Shown: positions 53,354 through 64,000 of the stretch, piece by piece
How the letters are laid out: each line of letters opens with the position of its first letter
How positions within the stretch are numbered: the stretch's first letter is position 1
Assembly (NCBI GenBank): GCA_051294905.1
Contig: CM119371.1
Coordinates: 23,128,001 to 23,192,000, forward strand
Direction: 5' to 3'
Length of the DNA stretch: 64,000 nucleotides
From: Botryllus schlosseri
Lineage: Eukaryota
Made by a program: the position numbers and the translations under genes
The notes under the pieces: model-generated
Told to the model about the DNA's origin: nothing
The model's database searches: none
Seen by the model: only the letters and a program-made list of their open reading frames with translations

Positions 53354-53750
53354 CAGAGATGAGCGGATTTGAAATTTCTATGTCCTAATCCAATCCAAAT
53401 CCATAACTTTTTCATATTGAAGTCCATGTCCAATCCTAATCCGATTCCAACTGGAATTTCAGAAAAAAAAACTAATTTATGCAATGGAGGGATTCGAAAA
53501 TTTTCTTTCACAACCAACGATTTCACTTGATTCAAGATAACCTAGTAACCATAAGTACATTAATAACTGATCCGAATAAAGTTTGTCGCAATTCCCCACA
53601 CGACATTTCAATCTCCCAGAAAATAGGTAAGTCCAATCCAAATCCTAATCCGTTATGAAAAACATGTCTAATCCAAATCCAATCCAAATTCGACAAAATT
53701 TCACAAATCCTGTTTTTTCAAAACCTAATCCTACTCCATGCTCATCTCTG
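53354..53750. mobile_element. hAT-type MITE with AATCC subterminal repeats
   Basis: TIRs CAGAGATGAGC / GCTCATCTCTG; perfect TSD ATATATAG. Confidence 0.85.
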
Positions 53751-53859
53751 ATATATAGTGACATTAGTCATTTTGCGGTAGTCGCGCGAGAGAGAGATGA
53801 TATTCTTTTTCGCCTGCACCATCGAGATGCTTTGACGACGGAGTTGCGATACGGCCCCA

Positions 53860-54041
53860 TGAGGTCATCTAGTCTGCGCCCACGTTTTTTTTTTCTCCTC
53901 CATGCTATCCGTGATTGCTGTGCGCCTATCAGGATAGCTGCGGATACCAATTTTCGAGTCTTTGGTATGACCCGGCCGGGGATCGAACCCACGACCTACC
54001 GCTCGAGAAGCCGGACGCATAACCATTACACTATCTCGCTC
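53860..54041 (-). mobile_element. tRNA-derived SINE (possibly Meta-domain type)
   Basis: Minus strand: A-box TAGTGTAATGG, B-box GGTTCGATCC, then GGTCATACCAAAGACTCGAAAATTGGTA and an A-rich tract. Subfamily assignment is from memory and unverified. Confidence 0.7.
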
Positions 54042-54726
54042 GAAGATGGAAGATGTGTCTGGCATGATCAAAGGTATACCTGTCCTTCAATTATCAGCTA
54101 AGAATATGCGACCTCTGCACCAAATCTACATATTTAAAACTACTAATTGAGTTAATGCGAGTTCATTTTATTTTTTTCTTGAAGTAACTTTGAGATGTAT
54201 TAACACAATCCCTACATACTTCTATTCGATATTATGATCAATCCAAGCTCGGCACATCACAAATTATGTATCACGGACTCCTTGACAGTACCCTAAATTA
54301 GAACTCCGTGACCCCGGTTGAGACCCAAAAATCTATTTTTTATGAGTATTTTCCGATCTATCGTCACCGCAAGGTTAACTTTATTATCCAATCCGATAGT
54401 GTCAAAAGGAATAGCATATAGATTCGTGGTTGGGAGGGTCTCCACCTATATGTGATAACTTGGATCTTAGGTTCGAGCCTTGGTCGGTTATCGGAAAGCT
54501 TACGTTTCAAGTATTATCGTATGATACGGACTTGAACGTAGCAGTGAAATTAGGGAATATCTCATCTTACAAGTCTACGTTTTCTAAATGCAGCAGATTA
54601 TTCCTAATTAAAATGGATACCTACTTATAGATCATATGATACGAACTCGGACGTAGCAATACCATTAGCGAATATCTCATTAAATAGGTTTACCTTTTCC
54701 AAATGTGACAGGTTTTGTAAATCAAC

Positions 54727-55704
54727 ATGGATACCTACTTAAGTTTTACGGTTATCTTGACCACAATGGCCATGATGATACTGCAGTTAACAAGTGACTC
54801 ATATTGCTACTTTCAATATCGGATGAGGGACGACCTGTGGCCCGCCGTCGACAGCTTTGCCGACATTTCTTACATCGGCTTGGTTCTCGGCTTCTTAATA
54901 ATTGGGCGACTCCTTTTCAAATCATTCGAGGCAATGGACTTTCCGTGCGAAGAGTTACGCGAGTGGCGGAGAGTAATCGGCGCTGAGCTGGTCTCTATGC
55001 TGTTGCTGCAAGCGTTGGTCGAGATTATTCCGTTCCTGTTGATAAATAGGCACATGGTGTCGTCACTGACAGATGAGCAGCTACACGATTCGATGATATG
55101 TTGCGTTTCTCCTCTCTTTTCGGTAGCAACCATATTTGTTGCAGTGCAAATTCCGTCTGAGATGAACAGAAAATATCAATGCCGTTACGTCCCACTGATA
55201 ACTAGATGCTTGCTGTGCTTTAGTCGGCTCTGTTTATTCGCGGCGCGGCTGGCCGTCTTATATTTTGCTGTAAAAGCAGGTGATACTACCTACAAAGTGT
55301 ATTTCCTAATGTTGCTGGTAATGCGCGTTATACTAATTGGTTACATGATCGGAAAATCTCTGTCGACAATCCCCGATTCATTTGAGCAATGGTTCACCAA
55401 CGTCAGCAGCCCCCCGCTGCTTTTTGTCTACTCCATTCTCACACCGATTTTGCGGCATGATGGCAAGGACCGAAGGAGATGGAGGTTACAACTGTTCGTC
55501 GCGGATCAAATTACGATGATGATGATGTCTTCGGTGTTGAATTTCGGAGAACACGCCGATAAAAACAGGATCGTTCCAGGAAACTGGGAGATCCAAGTTC
55601 TCAGCACCAGTGGTTTGCTACTTCTCGGTGTTGCGCTTTATCGCGCAAAGATAGGTTCGATGTACCCGGTGATTCCTGTACGTTTATATTCGGAAACTGC
55701 TTAA
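54727..55704 (+). CDS. XK-related (Xkr-like) multi-pass membrane protein, 325 aa, intronless CDS (copy B)
   Basis: Intact ORF with no indels versus copy A and about 36 aa differences by manual count (~89% identity). Confidence 0.75.
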   Translation: MDTYLSFTVILTTMAMMILQLTSDSYCYFQYRMRDDLWPAVDSFADISYIGLVLGFLIIGRLLFKSFEAMDFPCEELREWRRVIGAELVSMLLLQALVEIIPFLLINRHMVSSLTDEQLHDSMICCVSPLFSVATIFVAVQIPSEMNRKYQCRYVPLITRCLLCFSRLCLFAARLAVLYFAVKAGDTTYKVYFLMLLVMRVILIGYMIGKSLSTIPDSFEQWFTNVSSPPLLFVYSILTPILRHDGKDRRRWRLQLFVADQITMMMMSSVLNFGEHADKNRIVPGNWEIQVLSTSGLLLLGVALYRAKIGSMYPVIPVRLYSETA

Positions 55705-56775
55705 ATTCAAAAAATGGAAATTTTGCTCATGTATTTACAGAAATATTGTTTGCCTTTACGAAATATATAAATTCGGTGTGTTGTCTTTTTCAATTCTATC
55801 CTAATATAAAGACTTGTGTCAATGTACCGGGCAGTCTAAAGTAATTTGATATGTCTACGGCAGTGTTTCATAACCTTTAGTAAACCGCAAAACCCCTGCA
55901 CTAGGGCGGTTCAAAAATAACATTTTTTCCTTAATCTTGCGGGTTACATGATTAAATCGTCAGGTTACCTTAAAAAACGACGCACACCAAATTTGAATTC
56001 ATTCCAACCAATATTCGCAGTTTACGTAGAGTTTGAAAATTTTGAATTTGCCCAGAAACGCTAAAAATTTTTTTTTTCAAATTTTTCTGCTAACCCCATG
56101 AAATTGTAGGGCTGTCTTCAAAGACTATGCAAAACAAATTTTACTCAATTCCAAGCCGTAGAAGCGGAGTTATTCCAGTTTTTCGATGAAAATTCTTGGA
56201 TTATCCACCTATCAAGGATAATCCCAGAATTATCAAAGAAAAACTGATATAACTCCACTTCTACTGCTTAGAATTGAGCCAATAATATGCACATTTTAGC
56301 TCAGAGTCAAAAAACACTAATCGACCACAACACAAATCTCACTAGACATCTAATGCTTCATCATGGATTGCTGAAGTGCAAAAGGACTGCATCAATATAT
56401 TGTTAAAAGAACAAAACCATCAAAATATGATTTCCACACAAAACGAAAGCGTTGTGATGAGTATCATCGCAATTCCGCTATTCCTATTCACCTGGTAAAG
56501 CAGTGCATCCCAACGTTTTTGGATGTCGCAACCGTATTAAAACAGTCGAGCAAGCTCCTTAATAACGAAAAGTTAAAGATTTCTAGCTAGACTGCCTCCT
56601 GGATCTCACTATCCAGCTAATTCAAAAGCATGCGCAATGCACATAGACGCCTATACATTCTATAATGTTATCTTAGCATTGATAGGCGCAGATTGGCTAG
56701 TGTTATAGCCTACATGGACATAAACTTGAGATGTGTATCGTTAATACACCATGCCATTATGTCGTTACTTGATAG

Positions 56776-57344
56776 CAGGGCTGTAATGACTCGAGTCAGA
56801 CTCGAGTCACGATTTCCTGATGACTCGACTTGACTCGAGTCACTTTTTTAAAATACGGAAATGACTCGACTCGACTCGAGTCAATCTGTGTATTGACTCG
56901 ACTTGGACTCGAGTCATTGCGCATGACTCGAACCAAGTCATATGACTCGAAACTCAGGTGGCCAAGACCGACATTTCTAAGAATAGTAAAGTATCCACCC
57001 CATCGGGATTTCGTCTATCGGTACTGGCACTAGAAAATGCGACCAGAAACTGCTAAAAAAGAGAAAAATTAACATATTATTAATTCGAACCATTCGATAT
57101 CACCAAACAGAGTTATAAAAAGTGGGTTTAACAAGACTTTAACTGGAAACTGAGCAGTCAACACAATGACTTGGACTCGGACTCGAGTCATAATACCATG
57201 ACTCGGACTCGACCCTCTGCTCGCTGACTTGGACTCGGACTTGACTCGGTGATGAATTGAAAATGACTCGACTTGACTCGAGTCAAAAGTATTAAAGTGA
57301 GATTGACTTGTGACTCGAAGCCGTGTGACTTGGTTACAACCCTG
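56776..57344. mobile_element. MITE with GACTC subterminal repeats, copy B-specific
   Basis: TIRs CAGGGCTGTAA / TTACAACCCTG; perfect TSD CTTGATAG; empty site at ~19195 in copy A. Confidence 0.9.
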
Positions 57345-60300
57345 CTTGATAGTCCTTCAAGCCTTCATTCATTTCATCTCTTGATTTTCATTCATTTCAT
57401 TCATTTCCATTGGATTATTCGCTGAGTAATATTGGACTTATTGCAATTTAAGTAAAAGGCTGTGAGTGCCGTGGTTGGGAACCACTGTTGTGAAGTGTCA
57501 TCGTTTGTTTGTGGTATTCGTGATGTTTGCCGACGATCATGGTCGTAACACCAGGCTGATATTTCTCATTTTTATTCCGTAGCTGCTGATTTTTAGCCTG
57601 TTGTAAGACACCGCTTTCGCGGGTAAGATGGCGAGTAGGAGCCTAGATAAACCTCCAACAATTATTGTTAGGAATTCCGGAGTCGACCATGATCTGACTC
57701 GAACCCGCTCCGCTGCGTGCACCATTGCACACGCCGTGCCACCACAATGATTCGACTACTGATCGGGTTTAAATGTCTCCAACCAATGATGGCCAAGAGG
57801 GGACGATCATAAATATTATAATGATATGTATGCGTTCGACTTCACGCGGAACCCCTATTCCGTGGGACACTGCTCAAGAGCCCACAGAGCCCACAACAAT
57901 TTGATGTGTCGAAGGATTGAAGGATTTGTTCATCTGTTTGAGAAACGAAACAGTGAATTTGAAATTGACTTTGAAATTGGGAACGTATTTCTCCGTATTG
58001 TGTCGTAATATAGGCTTCCATGGTCTACTTCACAATGCCGTAAATGTGGTACCATATTGATCAAAAGCAGCCTCGAGAAGCTCCATTTTTGGCTTCATGC
58101 GATAGAGATAAATACAATAGTGGGTCACATCATGGGCGATATCGCCCCTAGAGCGCGATTTTGATAACCAGGGGGACGAAAACACCAAAGGAGTGACTGG
58201 GAGACGAAATGTTTGAATGTCCTGTGAGATGTAGGGTGAGATATGGTACCGATGGATCAAGAATTGCAAAATGATCTCTGGCCCCCAAATCTTCAGCCGA
58301 TAAGAACAGATCTTTCGCGGACTCAACACTTTCATACAAGCTGTAACTACCGGATATATATACATGAATAACCATCAATTAATAAATATTAATGAACGTT
58401 CAAAATTTGTTGCTCGACCGTATCATCGGTCCGCATGCACCCGCTGGGTCGGAAGTAACACGACCTGGAGACCTATCAGACATACGCTCAAAAACTTGAA
58501 AGTTCCAACTTTTCTGGCTGTGTAATATAATCTATGATACAGCAAGCCAAAAAAGAATGTTTGGTCGCAACCGTCGAGCAAATAAAAGAAATAATACCCT
58601 AAATGTTGCCATGGAATTACGTTTCGATTTGCGCACAAACTTACAAATTTGAGGGTACATACACATTGCCCGTAAATCGAGATATACCGTATGTGCGTCT
58701 ATGCGTGTAGGCGTGCTTTTTGTTGTTGCATGACTAATTAATCCATCCATTTGTCTTGATTTGGCTGTGGTATCATTGGCCTTAACTCTACAAATTATGT
58801 ATTTGAATTGAAAAAAGTCCACCAAAGGATACTATTGAGTAAAAAATATGTGCCGATATATAGCCTGATACAAGCCCTACACTACACAATAAAATCATTG
58901 CTGGTTCGTTCGTGTTGAATATTTCAAAGAAAAATGAATGCGTCGATCGAAGTTTATTTTACATCCCCCAAAGTAGAAAACATCAGCCCGAGACCCCATA
59001 GCTCATACAGGTCGAAGTCTTTCTACATGTAAGGAAAGATTCTGCCAGCATGCAATTGTAGACAAATTCACGGAGTGTAATCATGGGATTATCACAGAGC
59101 ATTTTCGAGTATTTTTTGCCCCAATGTCTCATTGGTACCACATCTCCCCCCTATTTAAATTAACACGGCCAAAAATGCACGTGAAGACTGCTTATTCTGC
59201 ATATGACGCGAAAGTTGACTAAAAAGAACAAATCAACGGAAAGCAGACGTGGATACCGGTTTTCCGAGCACCTACCCTGATATTTATTTTAGTCAATCCA
59301 TCAGCGATCGGAGGTAATTGAATAAATTTCCCATATATAATGTCCTCTTTTCCGAATCCGTAGTATTGGGGGGCAAAATTTGTGTCGAGCCCGATAAGGG
59401 GGCGATGAGTCGAAAAAGCTTGGGAACCATTGGATACCTATGTACACTGTGGTGTCTCATTCGACGCTTTGAATTTAGAGTGGAGGCTACAACTCCTCTC
59501 GGAAAAATGCATGTGTGTTCTAGTTAATCGGAGAACTATAAAGATTTGGCCGGTATTGCAATGGCAGTGACATCTCTGCTCCGCCTTGTTTCGCTTCCAT
59601 CTCGCTTAAGTCATTATGCAATGTGGTATCTGTTATTCCTATATCGTAGTGTCGCATTCCGGTCGCAAAAATAACACAGTTTCCTGATTTGCAGTTTGGG
59701 TGTTCATCTTCACTATAATGATTTCAACAGAAATTATTGCAATCAAACTTGGCGGTCCGCAGTGTTACTCGTGATTCAGAAAACGTATTGCCAAGTCAGT
59801 ATTCAAGTGGTCAAATATTCTCCTTCGCAAAGCATCCTGAATCTCTCAGGCATACTGAAAGCGAGCACGTCACCTGCACCAACCTTTATGTATGGGATTA
59901 TAATAATTCTACTTACGACTTCGATATGGTTAATTGCGTCAGCAGGTTAATTGCGTCAGCAGCGACATCGCAGACAAAAGAGCTTCGCCCTGTCCATACC
60001 TGTCGTTAAAATAACTTTATCTAATATTTTAATATATGACAACCATCATGCAGGTATTTGCTTAATCGATTTTGTGGAGCTATAGCCTAACGAACGCATC
60101 ACGCGTATTTGAACCTAGTTGTATTGCACATGCAATAGTTCTACTTGGGATATATTAGGGGCTTCCATAGTAAGAATTCTTTACGTATAATATTGAAGTT
60201 TGCGATAGCTTTGAAAAGACGAGAGACTACTGACCGTTTCGGAAGGCGATCGTAAAAATCGAACCCACGCCGAGTACAACCATGTAGTTTGCACTCTACA

Positions 60301-61086
60301 GTACATACATATCCAAAATAACTGATATTGCACGTTCATCTTAGATGTTGTATGTCTTATAAAGTACTAAATGTTGCTCCTACATTGTCCATTTAGACGA
60401 GTGGTTCTCATACTGAGGGGCACATCTGAAAGGGGGAGGGGGAGAATCCGACAGAGAGAAGTGATATTTTTTGAACTCGGAATGAGTTTAATTTGTGCTG
60501 AAACTTACAAGTTTCAACAACGGCAATACTCCCAAATATAGATTTTAGATGTCATAATGGCGTTGTGCCATCGGATTACCGATGATAAATTTTGACAGAT
60601 ATCGGACCTTGCACGGATAAAAAGAGGCGCAAATTGGTGAATGCGTGTATAGCTGTTGGCTTATGCTGTTATTACATTTCTATCAAACATCTGTACAGAG
60701 TGTGTAGAACGGCGACTGTCAAGAATCGTATTTTATGATAGCCCAAAAGTACACATTTGAAACTCTTGCAGAACACATGCGAACGCAGAAACAAATTGTT
60801 TGTTACGTGAAATAGTTTTAATGGCACGCGGCCCGTGTCATTGTTTTTGCTACGAAAACCGATTCTCTGTCGCCAGAAGGAACGCCTCTACACTCTTGGA
60901 ATATTTCATTAATGTTATGTGTTGTGATTTCGGTTATTTATAACCGAATATGTACTCGTTAACGTTTGTTTTGTACCGTTACTACCGTATCTTGCCCGTC
61001 TACTAGTTGTTTGTTTTTGTTATTATTATGTCATACAGACAAAATAGCTCTTACATTTCGAATTTGATTCACCCTATCACTGACGT

Positions 61087-61126
61087 TTCGCTACTGATGA
61101 GGGTCAGTCGAAAAGCTTTTAGCGAA
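61087..61126 (+). ncRNA. Candidate minimal type-I hammerhead ribozyme (Penelope-like), probably degenerate
   Basis: TTCGCTA-CTGATGA-GGGTCAGTC-GAAA-AGCTTT-TAGCGAA: perfect 7-bp stem I, conserved core, palindromic AAGCTT stem III, weak stem II. Confidence 0.55.
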
Positions 61127-61199
61127 TATGAAGTTATTGTTTCGCGTTATTCTGAAGTTCTGTACCACAAGTCACTTGTTCAAACATAAAATTGCACAA

Positions 61200-62186
61200 A
61201 TTTATACTGCGAAGATCTAAATGCAGAACCAGTCTAGCGAATCGAAGGGCGAAGATCGCAGAATGACAAATTATGCTTTAGATTTGAAGCAGCGTAACGT
61301 TTCCAGTGCCAAAAATGAACCCTTTCGCCGTCTCGCAATATTGCGTTGAACCCGATAACCGCCAAGGGTGTAGACCCAGCAGTCGACAAGAACAGATTGA
61401 CCAACTCTAGCGGACACGGTTTCGAAACATTTGTCCGTGGAAAGCAGAAAAATTCAACCCACACAAGTACGAAAAGCAGGAATGAAACAAACGCGAATCT
61501 CGATTCGGGCACACGATTGCTTGAAACACCGCATACACTCACAAGAGAGGAGTTCCGCTGCTCAAAAGTCAAATTGCATCAATCAGTTTTGCAAAGATCT
61601 GAATTCGGAACAAACATCAAGTCCGTGTCGGAAGATATAAAGATTGCTGATCATAGAAAGGAAAGCTAAGAATCTGATTCGAGGATACGCAAAGCCCCGC
61701 CAAACCAGGCACTTGGGTATTGATGTTTTTCCTGAGCTCCTTTATATTGCAGGCGCGACGCAACACCTCCTTCTTTTTGGTCACATTCTGTTCGTGAAAA
61801 CGGTCATATAAGCAAAGATGGGTGCTCTGTCGACTTACTGGGTGTGCTTCGCTACTAAATAGGCTGTCTAGGTTTGAACTGCCTTCATTCAGTATCCATG
61901 CGCATCGGTGGAAATCGACGTCCTGCCAGCGTCAGCGCTGCCCCATGTTCCGCAGGAGACGTATTTTCAGTTGCGATGGTTGCAGGAAAGGTTGTCTCGG
62001 GTTAGCAGCCTCGACACGCTGTTGAAGATATCTGACATTGTGATGAAATCCACCAACAACACGTTCTCACAATGCACGAATAACACGTTTTCAGGTGGTG
62101 TTTTATCCTTTGAACTGTGTGATCTAGATATTGTGACGATAAAACATACCAAAGATGTGTTGAAATCGGAGAAACTTTTTGGTTAA
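61200..62186 (+). pseudogene. AF9/ENL AHD-like-domain gene, copy 4 (5'-truncated, ~190-bp insertion at 61710-61897)
   Basis: ORF pieces 61346-61669 and 61908-62186. The AHD-like segment is frame-intact: YFQLRWLQERLSRVSSLDTLLKISDIVMKSTNNTFSQCTNNTFSGGVLSFELCDLDIVTIKHTKDVL. Confidence 0.75.
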
Positions 62187-64000
62187 TTACCATCACGAAA
62201 GCAACTCTACCATGTTTTTAAGCCAAATCCGCATATTGTTTATAATATACCGTCCACTGAATGGTTTTTAGTACAGGATTCATATATGAATACCATATTT
62301 TGGTGGATAAAATTCCGGACACAGTTTAGCGCCAACTAGCGGATTTTAAAATGAGTTACGACACACTGTCTGTCAGTATGACGTCACACTGGCAGAGCTT
62401 TGCCTATCGACCAGAGGTGGGCACCACTCACGATCCAGATCAGAAGCCGCTATGCGGCTATAGTGTTATTTGGTTGTGTGTTGTAACCAGGACCGAAACA
62501 ACATTCTTTCAGCGTCGAAATAAACATTGATCTTGAGCCCACCATAGGGTAATCGACGCCACCTCTGGGGCTTACTCTATTCATCTGGTTTCTATATGCA
62601 TCTGATCGTTAAATTTTGTGACTGAATTCTGTCTATGACATTGGTTCTTCCATGTTCCGCTATAAAATGTTGATTCTATCGCTGCTCACATGATCATGGT
62701 TAGCGGTAGAGCTGGTGTAGGATGATGACTTCGAAAATGCAAGGAACGTTATCATGTCACACGGATGAGACTATTTATCGCCCCAGCAGATTGCACATGG
62801 TTTCCAACGTTTTGTGGTCGCGACTCCATTTCTAACTTGAAAATAATCTATGGCGCTGCTCGAAATGTGATAAGTTGATAAGTGAAAAACGGTCAGCAGC
62901 GTTGGCCAGACTTAGTCGCGGCCCATTTTGGAAGGTAATTACGTTCGACATCTATGCAAACCCCAGAATAAAGACAAACGACCCCCAGGTTTAGAGCCAC
63001 TATCTTTGACTAATGCATCGAAATGTCCTTGGCCGACTCTAGGAATATACCGTTCTCCTATAATTGCGATTACAATTAAACTTATTTCAGTAAATGATGA
63101 TTGTTTTTAATAATTTTTGATGTCATGTTTTGCAAGGGCGGTGGTACACATATTAGAATCAGTGGTGACACTAAATCGCGCGCAGCACGAAGAAAAATTT
63201 AAAGTGCTATAAATATGCCCGAAAATAATATCGTTATAGTTCATTCACGAAAATATTATCTATACTTCGAGTTTTTTCAGTTGCGGACCTGAAACCTCGG
63301 CGGAACGTTGCATTATCCATGTGACCTTTATATAATGTTCCTGTGGCTGTTTTGCTGTTGTCTGCAATGGTGACCGCGTATTTTCTAGTCCCCCATATCC
63401 GTCAGAATTGTGTTTGAACATACTTTTCATCTTTTGTTGTAGCTACTGTGATACCATCATGCGCTTACTTTACTACAGGAGATATCGCAAACCCTATTTT
63501 TCCAGTATGCCAATTTTCCAAAACATCCATTTTGCTGTTAGATTACGTATTGTGCTTTTTTTTATATTACTTGATACGTTATTGCCAAGACGATTTTCAT
63601 ATATATGAAATCTTTTCACGTATAATTTTTTGATACTCTCGTTATATAAAATTCTTCGCATAAATTTGGGTCCAACTTATTTAGAGTTCAACTTGTACGG
63701 TCAGTTGCGTCAGTCAGACAGATGTGGTCAAGATAGTCAACGTTGGTCTCCAGTAAAATTTGACTTTATACCGTGAATTTATACTAGAATACAGTGTTTC
63801 CTTAAACTTTGCTTACCCGCGGAACACTTACGCTATATATACAAGCCTTTGCGGAACCCTAAATATTTGCTGAGTCGTACAGACAAAAATCTTCCACAAT
63901 ACATATCTAACAAGAGTTCTAATACTTTGCTATATCTCATCGATGCTCAAAATGAAATGTGCAGTGTGCATCAACAGAGTGTTGTAAGAAAGAAACAATT

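Larger units (their letters stand above)
48454..63151 (+). repeat. Segmental duplication, copy B
   Basis: Colinear with 15632-35355 (see copy A). Confidence 0.9.

Overview
Eukaryotic, AT-rich invertebrate genomic DNA with small GT-AG introns. It looks tunicate-like, but the taxon cannot be proven from the sequence. Most ORF-track entries are spurious. Supported content: (1) A complete 5-exon minus-strand gene (3441-5590), of which the ORF track shows only a fragment, encoding a 163-aa secreted protein: signal peptide + chitin-binding CBM14 domain + SUEL/rhamnose-binding lectin domain. It has a disrupted paralog (11425-13323) and possibly a third copy at the left edge. (2) A direct segmental duplication (A ~15632-35355; B ~48454-63151). 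Each copy carries an intact 325-aa XK-related multi-pass membrane protein ORF with no introns in the CDS. (3) Four disrupted copies of a basic, internally repetitive gene ending in an AF9/ENL-type AHD-like domain. (4) A dense, nested set of hAT-superfamily DNA transposons: two hATm-like, two Charlie/Buster-like, and many MITEs with 8-bp TSDs. (5) A 5'-truncated RLE non-LTR retrotransposon, an L2-group LINE tail, tRNA-derived SINEs and a candidate minimal hammerhead ribozyme. All alignments and translations were done by eye; no database searches were run.
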